Below are positions 24,842-36,992 of a stretch of 64,000 nucleotides of DNA, in pieces. The position numbers and the translations under genes were made by a program. Origin of the DNA: Raillietiella orientalis (lineage: Eukaryota); contig JAYWIR010000018.1 in the NCBI GenBank assembly GCA_036172245.1, positions 2,418,001 to 2,482,000 of the forward strand, read 5' to 3'. The notes beneath the pieces are model-generated. The model was given only the letters and a program-made list of their open reading frames with translations, did not search any database and was not told where the DNA came from. Each line of letters starts with the position of its first letter. The stretch's first letter is position 1.

Positions 24842-27231
24842 CTAGTCCAATGTAAAGTCAAACAACTGGAATTGCTTCCTGAAGGACCGTGTCATTTCCT
24901 CTTCTTCCTCATGGGAGAATTTGCATTCTCGCCACTCCACTTTGTCAGCACAATTAAGCACATTTGGGCAGGCAAGTACCTCTCTTCCAAACTGTAAGGG
25001 AAAGTTCTTTCGTACCCGGTGAAACAGTTTCTCTCCCGTTGGAAGTTCTACATAAAAAAAGGGAACACCTGGATTAACAATTTTTTGTAATTGGGCATAT
25101 GAGGGTAACTCATCCAGACGAAAAGACTGGGATTCAGCTGAAATCTAAAGGTAAAACAGTTAGTACAGATGCATTATAAATACTATTACTCACTTGAAAG
25201 AGATCCTTTAAAAAATTAACACACTCCCTAGGAACTGGAACAACCTGCACCTGTGCATGCTGGCTACGAAAATTCCGTTCATAAAAGACCACTTCACGGT
25301 TCTGACTGTGGAAACAATCTTTCAGAGCATCTTTAAATCTGCACACACAATGAAACTGTTGGACTGAAGCCTATGCTTACCTGCTGATTTCTTTGAGCAC
25401 ATCCTCTGTTAATTCTACAGTAGATTGAAAATGTCCGATGGGAAGAATAAGCAAATGATCAGGAGTCAGACCTCCTTTTGCTAGAGCCAAGTATACCTAA
25501 AAAAGATGCAGAACAAAAGGGGACCAAAAGATTACCTGATCTCCAACACTAACAACTAAATGTTTCTCCACATCAGGACTAGCAAGACAAAACCAACATG
25601 GTTTTGGCGCATGAGAAAGAACCTGTCTTTTGCCACCTGAATGATTAACAGGGAGAATATTCTTCCTTTTTCTGCCAGCAGACTCTACATTTTCGGAACT
25701 AACAGTCATGTCATAAAAATACTGTGGTGCTTGAGGCTCTTGAATGTTCTAAACATATTTGTTTCCAACAAAGAATTAGACAGATAAATTGCATACCTTG
25801 GACTCCTCAAGTGGAACCTGAAAGTCTGTTTCATAAGGTATCTCAGTAACATCTGTAGGTTGCATAGTCAGTTCAGCTGCAGCAATGCTGCACAGAGGTT
25901 GAATGTGAAATGCATATAACCACTTCCGCTTTTCCACATTGGCTACCTTGGCCAAGGCAATGAATCGAGTTACATGTTGACTCTGCTCATTTAGTACTTT
26001 ATGATTTCTGATTATTAATGATATATGTGAATAGCTTTAGACAAATGTTATGTACCTGTATGGAAGTCTCTCATAAAATACATTTGCATATCCACAAAAG
26101 TGATATCGTGGCTTAAGGCGAACTACTAATTTGGCAATACTTGCTGAGCTACTGGCTTCCCAAGATGAGTCACTTGGTGTACCCGCATAACGTGTAACGC
26201 CTTGCGGCCAGCAATTGGTTATCAATACGTCAATACCTCGAAAACCTGGTACACTAGTAGCTTGCAGTTCCAGTGAACGCACATCAACATTAGTAAAGTG
26301 AGTATCATCAGACTCACTGCCCTCTAATCCACTCAGATAAGCAATACGCAGTCCTGAACTACCTGTCAGAATCCCTCTGCGACCTAAAAACCAATCTGGA
26401 ACATTTGATCGTTTAATTTCGTTTTTTACCCAAGTAAACAACATTAGGGCACAGCTCACAGCCATCTAAATCGGGATAATGTGCAACCTGACTTGTGTGA
26501 CATGGCCCCAATACATAGGTTGTTATGGGAACTGAAAGTAAAAGATATCTCAAGAATTTTTCATTTTTCCTACCTGTACACACTCGATTCAGATAGGCTT
26601 GCCACTCTGAATTGTCGTCATTACCAAAGAAATTCCCCACACAAAATAATGACGTGAAAGGACCACTTTTGGTATTAAGAGTACGAACTCTTTGGAAAAG
26701 TTGGTGGAAATGACCTTCCACATCACCTGACACCAGACTATAAATGGAATCGTATCAGTATCATATCAAAATGGGCACAAAAAATACTGCTAATTCATTC
26801 TAATATTGCATCGATTTACACAGTCCGTAATTCTAATTAAAGACAAATCTGCAAGCTGCATGACAAGCACTTTAAGTGATTTTCCCCCCAAAATAAGAAG
26901 CAAACTCTCAAATGAAATAGAATTACAAATTCAGTAAGACCAATGATTCATGTAATATAATACATCGAAAAAATACTTCACAAGCCTCATAAAATACATT
27001 CTCAAGAAACAGCTTCAATTTTAAAGACAGAATTTCAAGGGGAAATTAGCAAAACAATACATTGTGTGCCATCTTGATATTTAAACTAGAACATTACAAA
27101 ACAAAAAACCCAAAGGCAAAATCAAACAGTTTTAAACGATAGACATTATTCAACAAATAATTACATTTATGATTAGATGCAAAGAAAAATGTGAAGACTT
27201 ACATTTTAAGATTTTCGGAAACACTGGCCAT
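24842..27231 (-). CDS. CWF19L1: CWF19-like protein 1 (metallophosphatase-like N-terminus + CwfJ domains), multi-exon
   Basis: Exon 1 [10 protein letters not shown] (ATG 27231) joins [23 protein letters not shown]. Also [53 protein letters not shown], and FDFTLD with stop at 24842. Confidence 0.93.
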
Positions 27232-27591
27232 GAAAACAGCATATAAATGGCATCCTTTTAATTATGTTAAAATAAATCCACAATATCACTCTGTTATTTA
27301 GTAAACCAGCATATTACATGCACTCATATCTGCATACTAAATGCTTGGAGAACACAACAACCATTCAAAGTACATGTTAATAAATGCTGGAACCAATGCT
27401 CTTTCTGTAATCAGCAACAGTATTCCTACAATACACAAAGTCCCAATGCAGATGATATTTAGATTTGACTTTCATATTAGAGCTAAATAAATCAACATAA
27501 ATAAATTAATTTCCACAACTTCAAATTATATTGCTTCACATAGAAGCCCCTTATTTATTTATCGATGAAGGTTCACAAGCTCTCAGAAGTA

Positions 27592-28613
27592 TTATGCCGA
27601 CTTGTCTTCTGAAGGAGCTGCTTTATCTGATGATAGATCCTTGACTGTTTGCTCAGAATTCTGTTGAAGACCAGTAAATTGAGCAGCTTTCAAAATTCGC
27701 AATTCTTCTTTCTGTTTCTTTCTCTGTATTTTTTTTTGTTCTTCCTCTTTCTCCTTAACTCTTGCTTGGAATTTTGGATCATAGACACTTACACTTTGAG
27801 AAAACTCTTCACGGACCTCCTCAATTAATCTGTTCCTTTCCCTCTGCAATTCAGAAAATACCGGATATCAGTTTGATAATTAATCTTATAAGTGAACAAT
27901 CAATTTGTTGTTTACTTGCACAACTTCTCAGTGCAAATTGCTTACACAATAACAGCTACATAATTAGCATTTCATGACACTTTAGTTTAAAATGCCTGGG
28001 GAAACTTTTAAGATTTACGTAAAACAAACCTGCTTAGCCAGAATTTTCGCAAATTTCTCTTCTCTTCTAGCAAGTAAGTCCCGTTTCATCCGTTCCAAAT
28101 TCATAAGTTTCTTCTTTATTTCCTTTTCTCTTTAAATGTAATTCAAAAACGTTACAAGAGAATTATTCTATTCACTTAATTTTACCTTTCCCACATGCTA
28201 GCTATTTCTTCTTGTCTTTTTTTCTTTGCTTTGGCAACTGTTTCCAAGAAGGGCTCTTGAAATTCGAACTGTTCGTATTCTTTCATTACTTCCAACTGCT
28301 CTTCAGTAGGCCAAATAATTCCAGGATGAACTCCAGAATTCTCACCAAATCTGGCATATAATTTCCTAAAGTAGGTTACTTTTTCTTGATATGCATACTT
28401 TGCTCCACCTTTTGGAGGCTGATTTCTAATTAAATGAAATTCTCTATTTCTTAAACGAGAGACATTCTGTATATTAAAGTTCTCTTCACTTTCATTTGTT
28501 GAAGAATCTATTGGATTGTGGGTTGTACAAGTTCTTTTTGTTGATACATCTATGCACTTGTGTGAGACCAAGGATCCTAACCTTTTATAACAAACCGACC
28601 ACTTCATCAACAT
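27592..28613 (-). CDS. GADD45GIP1: GADD45G-interacting protein 1 / mitoribosomal protein mL64 (CRIF1), 3 exons
   Basis: YFRKLYARFGENSGVHPGIIWPT and LIEEVREEF...DPKFQ followed by a K/E-rich tail. Exons about 28613-28186, 28130-28030, 27845-27592 (boundaries approximate). Confidence 0.85.
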
Positions 28614-31600
28614 AGTTGAACTTTTTTCATAATATTCTGGAGCTCTGCTGATAGCAATGACAAAATTACAAGTGCATGCTCAGCACATGCACTTCATAAC
28701 TAAACAAACTCTGGGGTCTCAAAATATTCGAATCAAAAATAACTGGAACATTTCGACATTTATTTATAAATCTATATTCACGTGAATACTCCAAACATGT
28801 ACATTAAAGTTAGGAAGAAAAAAATCAGTTTACACCATGGCGCACACTAATGGATTCACTATAAAACTCGATAAAACTATCTGGAGCACAAATGAACAGA
28901 TTTCTACCCCTAACTTAACTCCAGGGGTGATTCCATCCTGCTCGTGCATTTTTAAATCATTACGCGATTTTAGAAGTACCAACAATTTTTCAATACAAGC
29001 AATGGTATATCACCTTTCACATAATTAAGTCTTACATCAGAATATTATCAGAAGAGAAAATTAGAACTTCCTACCTAAATAACAAAGCTTGCTGTGGAAA
29101 TATGAAAATTATTTGAATTGATTTTAATGCTTTTTGTTCATTTTTAAATGGCCAGAGCTTTTAATGTAAGTGAAATGAAGCGTACGTTTCCTTTAAGGCT
29201 TTATAAATTTACTGAAAGTACTTCACCTTTATTTATTTTTTTATTTCATTTATTTATTTCTTTCTGTAGATACTTACCACATCATGATTTTTCGAAAGAA
29301 TGACTAAATGACCAAGAAATTTCATGTAGGGGAAATTCAATTTCTTTTATGATTCAAAAAATCCCAGAACTATAGTTGAATATTTAAGAGAATGTAATAA
29401 CCATAAGTTGAAAGAAACCATAAGTTATAGATTAAGCAAAGCAAGCATTTCAAATGAATTACTGCATTTATATCTGCACATCACGCTAGGATGGAAGTTT
29501 ATAAAAACATATGAAACTTCACAGAGAAATAGTCAAGAGAATCGAAGCTCATCAGATTAACTTTGGAAAATTCTCTAGAAACATCCCTACAATTCAAGTC
29601 TACCCAAATATTCAAGACAACTTTTAGGTGACAAATATCTTGAGGCAATATACGTTATTCGAGTACCATTGAAACAAATCATCTGAGCAATATGGAAACT
29701 TCAAATTCTGGATAGCAATTAAGAAAAATTTTGTTGGAATCTGGTAGTGCATATCATGTATATATTTCGAAAAGCATTATATATATATAATTATATACAT
29801 TTCCAAAGTTAAAGGATTTCTTCAATTATTCATGTAAACTTCAGGGAAGAAAAAATCAACTGATAATAATAACAGGATGAAGATGCTGACTATAGGTTTC
29901 AGAGATAAATTTATAAAAATGTACTGGCTATGAATGACAGAAAACCTGATGAAGTAAAAAGTCCGAGCACAGAAAAGATTCATATAACCACTCACTTCTG
30001 GGAAATAGAAAAACAAATCTTCACAAACAATCTTCTGTCAACTTTTCAAATCAGTAGTATCCTAGTAGAAAATATATATAATAAAAAATATATAAATAGT
30101 ATTCTATTTAAAAAAAAATTAGATCTGCATGTGATAAATATGACATTAAACCTCTGAAACTAGACTAATGGAAGCACATTCCTTTCTTCAGTGTACATGA
30201 TTCCAAAATGGCAAGTTGTTATAATACCCACACCCAACTAGACCAATTAGAAATAAGAAAGAAAGTGCATTTGAATCAAACTAACATTCATAACTTGAAA
30301 TTAGTAAGTTATTTCAATGCAGAGTTGATATATATTAATAAGTACATATACATGAGGTGATCGTTTTGCTATTTTCGCAGACCTTACATGACAGTCTCAT
30401 GCCCAAATAGGTTGATTCTATTAAACAGAACTTATGCCTGTTTACTCTGGTTTCTGAAACTTGGAAAAATCTTCACACATGGTTTTGGAATCAAGATTAT
30501 GCTGATTGATTAATTTTTCGAAAAGATAGATGTCTGTGGATGAAATTCTAGTCATGAAGTTAGTATCGGATATGAATAAGATTGATCTTTAAAGAAGATG
30601 AAGCTTTTTAACGAAGTGATGGGTAATGAAGGATCCTGAAAACAGAAATCCAACATTTCTAATGATTTCTGAGTTCTATTATCTTGACGAACAAAGCTTT
30701 ATTGACATGAAGAATCCACTTCGATAGCCAACAATTTTAGCATCGCATTTTCCAACAATTTCTTGATAATTAAAATAAGCGTATTTCTCGTTTCATAAAT
30801 TCCGTAAATGTTCATGATTGGGTTTCTCCTCATCGAGTTTTCTTATTTCTAGCTTCTGTTTATCACGAAGTCAGGTCAACACTGTTGTAACAGTTGTTAC
30901 AGTACACAGTAATTCTGATGTTTTTCAGAATTACTTTCCCTTCAGCTCAAAAACAGCAAATTTCTCATTCCCGATATCCTTATTTCAACAGAATTTTTGT
31001 AAGCCTCTCATAAGAAAATCACACATTGTCTTTCACAAATATGTTAAATATTTTGTACTTAAGAGGAGATTCCTCTTTTCATGATGTGAAGTATTCTAGG
31101 GCTATTTCTTGGAATCTAGGTGCCGTCAGTTTTAATCTCAATGTATTGTAATTCCTTATGCAAACCTAAGAAATTTAAATAGCTATCCTTCTGAGGATCA
31201 CTACTACTCATTTTAAGTACATTTTCCTCGGAATTCACCTTTTCTTTTTCGAGTAGCAAGACAAAATAAAAACTAAAATTATTAAAGAATTTTAAATTTC
31301 ACAGATATGGTTCACAAACACGTTTAGAATTTTTGTAATCGAAGCAATCAACACAAACAAAACCAATTTTTAATGATTTCATAGTAGTTAATGAACACTG
31401 AAAATTAAGGTTTTAATAATTTTATGGAACCACAGATTCATAACGGCAACATGACATCTAAAATTATTTCATGAATAACTACAGATGCAATTCGAACGTT
31501 AGGATCGAAATTAACCGAAAGATTTCTGTTTCTTCAGATTTATCCAAGCCTGTGTTTGTACCGGACCCTGAAATGAAACTTAAGCAAACTCAAGCTTCGA

Positions 31601-32134
31601 TTTATGACATATATTCTGGAGTATTTACGAAACCCGTACTTTGTCATAATCTACATAAAACTGACTTTTCTCAGATGGGTTCAAAATCTGTTAGCATATA
31701 ATAATTGAACAAAGCCATCTTGACGTTCAACCTAATCTTGCCCTTGAATTAGGCATACCAACCCTAAAAGATCAACTTTAGAAAACCTCACGAATATCAG
31801 TTCTAAGAAAAGTGGAAATGTGTGCAGAGAAAATTCATGGGTTTATCATCATTCTCTATTTATGAACACGTCGTTGAAGGCAGTTACCTAAACTATTTGT
31901 TTCACTATTTTAAAGATCTGGGATACGGACTCAGTGGCAACGAAATCAAAGAACATTATTAGCAAATAATCTCTTACTCAATGCTCGAAACTCATTTCTG
32001 AAACATAAATAACCAAGCAATTTTAAAAACACCCGGAAATTCATTTTTGTTACCTACTTAATATTCATTAATGAAATTTACTTATACTGAAGTAGATGAA
32101 ATTTTGCTTTTTTCATTTATATTCAAAAATAACC

Positions 32135-32181
32135 GATATTGTGAATGATAAAGGAAAAGTTCTTGGAAAAATACGTGGAAT
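32135..32181 (+). pseudogene. 47-nt copy of IBA57 coding sequence
   Basis: gatattgtgaatgataaaggaaaagttcttggaaaaatacgtggaat matches 34267-34313 with one mismatch. Confidence 0.9.
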
Positions 32182-33489
32182 TTTCGACTTGTGTGGATTT
32201 GTTGTTAATGCCTTGAATGTTTACCAGTCTACTTAGTATATAAATTGCTAATGTAGTGAATACAGTTACATTGCTTTAAAATACATTGTCAATGTGGAAA
32301 TTCGCATTACAGAATGTATTAAATTATATAGATTTTCATTATGTGGAAATTCGCAAGACTATTTCATCAGCATGATGAATGACACAGTCTTATAATTTCT
32401 TTTCTAAGATAAAATGAGCCTGTGTTATAAACTGAAACAACACATTCCCATAACAGGCCCACGTTTGGGAAACTCCAAATATATAATTTGATGGATGACT
32501 TGGAATTTTGTTTCCAATGACATAAATCGACCGTCCACTAAACAGAACTGGGAGTGGGCAATGATCTTCAAGTAGCCAACCGTTTACTTGATGTCACAGA
32601 GAAATCATTTAGAGTAAACAAACACAGCTATTGTTAAAAAAAAAAAAAAAGAGTCTATGTAAGAAAATCTGAGAAAAACTTTTGCTATGGAGACATAACA
32701 TAAGCTTTTTTCAGATCCTTCAGAAAAGGGGATCTTTGTCATACAATTATCTTCAATTTTTGATGGATAAAGATAGAGTACAAAAGAACTCTTTTGTTGA
32801 GCAATACTTGATCTAGGAAAGTCTCTTATCTTTCTAAATAGATAATAAGAGGAAAAAGAAAAAGGATTTGGAAGAAACAAGAAAACAAGTGATGTAGATG
32901 AGGCTAAGATTTAAGAAAAATTAAAATGTGCATTTAATATTTTACCAATGTGCAGTGGATTAGGTGGATGTACATAATAATTTGCATTTACAGTTTTTGT
33001 GTAAGAGGAAGAAAATTAACTGCAATGTAACTGTATCTTCATATTGCCAGCCCCAATTCCCTTGAATGTGCTTTGTTCTCAATAGTTCCACGCTTTAGTT
33101 TATAGAGTTGTCGGTTAAAAAGAAAAAAAAAAAAATATTTGTGTTAAAATTTCTCATTTAGTACGCATAAGTGTAAACCAAATTGGATTGTAGTAAAGCA
33201 TTAGCAGAAAAAATGAGAACCTTCTCTTATAAACTATGAAAAATTATACTGCGATGTTTTCGAAGGCATTTTAGTTACTGTGACATATATCGTCGTATTT
33301 TTTAATATCAGTTTTTGTAAATCGTACTGAAACATTAGTGCAAAATGTAATCTGTATTTTAGTATTTTTTGGTTTCGGAATGGAGCTTGGCATTTGGTCA
33401 AAGGAAAAATCGATACACGTGAAAGAGAGAGAGAGAAAAAAAACAAGTGTAAATTTATTTATAAGGGTTTTTAAGCCTAAAATAATACC

Positions 33490-34431
33490 ATGATTTGGTC
33501 AAAATGTTCGTACATGGCCATGCAAGCCACCAGAAATACTTCACTATACCTAAAATGCTTTTACTCTGTGAAATGTTATGCCTGTGACACTTCATTTTTG
33601 GCTGTGAACGGTGCAGAAGCAAAAGTATTCTTGCAAGGAATATTAGCCAACGATGTGTACAAACTGAATAGACAGAGTGCGTTATACTCGGTTATCCTAA
33701 ATAATAATGGACGTATTATGTATGATGTGATTTGTTATCAACCAAATGAAAATTCTGTTGTTATTGAATGTGACAGTAGTGCAGTCGAAGATCTGAAAAA
33801 ATATCTGAATTTTTTTAAGTTGAGAAGAAAAATAGATATACAGAAAGATGTACGAAAATGTGTGGTGTGCTATTCTGATATTATCGGGGAAAAAATTAGT
33901 ATAGAAAAGTTGCAAACCGAATATTTTTCTAACATTTCATATTTTAGAGATCCCAGGTCAGAATTATTAGGATACAGGTTTATTTCTGATAAGTTTGATG
34001 GTACTGTGAATACTCTTTTTACTGCTAATAACATTGAGTATAGAAAATTTAGATATTTATTAGGTATAGCTGAAGGAACAGCTGAAATTCCTCCTGGAAA
34101 ATGCTTTCCTTTAGAATATAACTGTGATTTTTTAAATGGTGTTAGTTTTGACAAAGGGTGTTATATTGGTCAAGAGCTAACAGCCCGTGTCCATCACACT
34201 GGTGTTATCAGAAAGAGAATTGTTCCCTTTAAATTAAAGGAGATTACTAATGTGATGTTTGACTCTGATATTGTGAATGATAAAGGAAAAGTTCTGGGAA
34301 AAATACGTGGAATAACAGAATGTTATGGGATTGCTCTTGTTAGAATTACAGACATGGCATCTGAAAATGTGCTTACGCTTAAAAATGGTACACCATTAGA
34401 AATCTTTTTCCCAGTTTGGTGGCCACATTAA
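33490..34431 (+). CDS. IBA57: IBA57/CAF17/YgfZ-family mitochondrial Fe-S assembly factor, intronless
   Basis: 313-aa ORF with FLQGILANDV and the family signature GVSFDKGCYIGQELTARVHHTGVIRKR. Ends PVWWP. Confidence 0.95.
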   Translation: MIWSKCSYMAMQATRNTSLYLKCFYSVKCYACDTSFLAVNGAEAKVFLQGILANDVYKLNRQSALYSVILNNNGRIMYDVICYQPNENSVVIECDSSAVEDLKKYLNFFKLRRKIDIQKDVRKCVVCYSDIIGEKISIEKLQTEYFSNISYFRDPRSELLGYRFISDKFDGTVNTLFTANNIEYRKFRYLLGIAEGTAEIPPGKCFPLEYNCDFLNGVSFDKGCYIGQELTARVHHTGVIRKRIVPFKLKEITNVMFDSDIVNDKGKVLGKIRGITECYGIALVRITDMASENVLTLKNGTPLEIFFPVWWPH

Positions 34432-34447
34432 AGTTTGTCTTGCAAAT

Positions 34448-34792
34448 ATGAGTACTGCAGTTGAAGAATATGTAGCTACGTTTAAATGCTCTTGTTGTGA
34501 ATTATCGGAAAAATATCATTATAAAGGAAAAAATCCCCCATTTGTTAAAGGAATTTCATTTGTTACAGACTGCTATCTTATGAAGGATCCTTTTGCTCCA
34601 CATCCCCAAGGACTTTTTCTGTTATTGGGTTCTGACTGTTCAGTTTGTCATAAACCAGTTTGTCAAAATGTCAAATGCAGTTTGTTTTATGAGAAGTGGT
34701 TTTGTAAGTGGTGCTTCAGAAATTTGGCAGAAAAATTTCCTTTAGCAGTGAAGAATAAAGCCAAAAGTCTATTAAGTGATAATGATAATTGA
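34448..34792 (+). CDS. CDPF1: Cysteine-rich DPF motif domain-containing protein 1, intronless
   Basis: 114-aa ORF: FKCSCC...KNPPF...CYLMKDPF...LLLGSDCSVCHKPVC...CSLFYEKWFCKWC, the C6_DPF pattern. Confidence 0.92.
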   Translation: MSTAVEEYVATFKCSCCELSEKYHYKGKNPPFVKGISFVTDCYLMKDPFAPHPQGLFLLLGSDCSVCHKPVCQNVKCSLFYEKWFCKWCFRNLAEKFPLAVKNKAKSLLSDNDN

Positions 34793-34935
34793 AACTTATT
34801 GTTAGTTTATTTGAGTTAGTTTATCAAATACAAACTTTGTTTTTGATGTCCATGTAATAATAATTTTCGAAATTCTTTTTCAGTTTAATAATACAAAGAA
34901 ATTTTGACTTGCTTTTGCTTGCAAACATTTGAAAT

Positions 34936-36679
34936 ATGGCATCAGTAGTCAACAACCCATCAGTGTAAGTATATCCAAGTACATATGTAAAAATCAGTTT
35001 CAATAATTGCAAGCCTGCTTCTGGTCATAGTGCTCAGCCTGTGTGAAATGATTGAGAATATTTGATGAATATGTGTTTAATGTGCTCAGTATCAGGAAAT
35101 TTATTTTAAACTTTGCTGGTTTCTGATTCTTGAAAGCTAAGGGTACTGTAATCAGTGCTGATTTTCCTATTCTGCAAGAAGCATGCTATTTATATTTCCG
35201 TTTATAATACATTTTCCATCTTGATTAATTGAAATTCATGACTGCTGATTAATGTTGGATGTTAATCGGATTGAATAATTTGCATTTACAGTTGTGGTAG
35301 AATCGTAAAAAAATTCTTTTTATGAAAACATGCTCTGAAGTAAAAAAATGATGGCATATCATTCAATTTTCCCTTGTAAAAACGTAGACTTTAGATTGTG
35401 TTTGTGATTCTAGAGATCGACAAATGAAAGTGATTCAGAAACAATTGGAAGTAACAGAAAAAGTATTGGAATCTTTATGTTTGGCATTTGCAGCATACAC
35501 CCGCAAATGTTCTGGGTAATTTGTTTTCCATTATCCACAACTTTGCACTGCACCCTAGGATTTGTGATTAATTTTCTTTGTAAGTAGCTTTTCACAATGA
35601 CATGGTAGTGTTGCTTTGTAGTGTTCGGGATGCTGGGGATGAGCTAGTGATCGCATTGAAGAATTATGCAGATACTAATCACATGGCTCATACATCACAG
35701 ACAGCTATTCTTAAATTTGCTGATACATGGGCAGCCATTCAGGATCACTGGTGAGCTAATCCTCTAGAATCTATTGCTATTTGTGGGATTAGGGATGCCC
35801 AGGTACATGACTTAGAGCAGCAGGTAGTTACTGAACTGACAGTGTATGATCAGTATTTCAAGAAGATTAAAGAGAGTATCAAAGCAGTTGTATCAGCAGA
35901 GAAAAAAGAAAAGCGTAGTAAAGATCAGATGGAACGAACACAGAATAAAGGACCTTTGTTTAGTCATCACTTGGTAAGTTAAATACCTGTCATCTGTTGC
36001 CTTCAGGTGCTGACTGATTGTGCCTTAGGTGCTGGCTGAGGATGCCTTGGAAAGAAGAAGAGGAGACGTTTCCTTGGCTTCACGCATTCTAGAAAATGAG
36101 GTGTGTTTACGTTTCATTTTTACACATAGTGAGATTTTCTTTAGATGGATCAGTTTGAGTGGAGAAAGCTGTGTGATATAAAGCGGATTCTTAGAGATTT
36201 TGTTTGTATCCATATGTCAACATGTGCTCGTGGCTTGGAACTGGGTTCTCAGGCCTATCATTGTCTACAGCAGATAAATGAGATACAAGATCTGCAGGTA
36301 GGTACTTTTGCTATGGATAAAATTTCAACACGTGATTGTTTAGAATTTCCGAACTTCCATGAGGTTACCATTTACTCTCTGTCGTCTGGAGACAGTGAGC
36401 AGCATTAACAGTCATTCATGCCCATCAACACCATTGGGGGCAGCCAAATCTATTAGTTTGCCCACATCACCTTCACAACAAAATAAACAGACCATTTCAG
36501 ATGTGAGTTTGTAGACAATACACAATATGTTGTTGTAGTTGAATATTGCCAGAAAACGACTATCCTTTGGAACTTCTGATGCTTTTAAGGATACTTACTC
36601 CATGATAGACCTTGAAGATGTACTTAAGAGCAAAGATAATTCAGATTTGAAATGTCAGTCAAATGGAATTAAAGAATAA
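34936..36679 (+). CDS. FAM92: FAM92/CIBAR BAR-domain ciliary protein, multi-exon
   Basis: Exon 1 at 34936-34964 (MASVVNNPSV, phase 2, then gtaagt) joins 35413: DRQMKVIQKQLEVTEKVLESLCLAFAAYTRK..VRDAGDELV..FADTWAAIQDH..DAQVHDLEQQVV..FEWRKLCDIKRILRDF..INEIQDL. Last exon ends NGIKE with stop at 36679. Confidence 0.85.
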
Positions 36680-36725
36680 TAGTTGTGTCTTTGTAATATT
36701 TTTCTTATGATGTGTTCAAACTGAG

Positions 36726-36992
36726 TTAGTATTTTGATTGTACCAAATACAAAACAAGCCACAGGGCTGTGGTAACCCCCATCGGATTGAAAATTATAAC
36801 AGGGAGCAGAGAGGAGGGCTGTGTGTTCTTCAGCAACTTAGGTGCACATTGGATTGCTGCAGGAGTACCAACATAAACAAACTTCCTTATGAAAAATAAC
36901 ACATGCTTGTGGATTTTTATTATGTACAATGCTTTCTCAAAGGACTGGTTCTGGTTACCATATGTGTAAACAACCTTATTAGCAGGATAATG
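36726..36992 (-). CDS. Possible last two exons of an unidentified gene with a hydrophobic C-terminal tail
   Basis: Exons 36992-36928 and 36885-36726 are joined in phase by a 42-nt GT-AG intron, giving HYPANKVVYTYGNQNQSFEKALKFVYVG...TALWLVLYLVQSKY*. Upstream exons not resolved. Confidence 0.3.
   Translation of the reverse strand, partial: HYPANKVVYTYGNQNQSFEKALYIIKIHKHVLFFIRKFVYVGTPAAIQCAPKLLKNTQPSSLLPVIIFNPMGVTTALWLVLYLVQSKY

Noticed and set aside
29400..31700. Possible gene or TE in the AT-rich gap between GADD45GIP1 and IBA57
   Set aside because: Only short, stop-riddled coding-like stretches, with no motif or consistent splice pattern.
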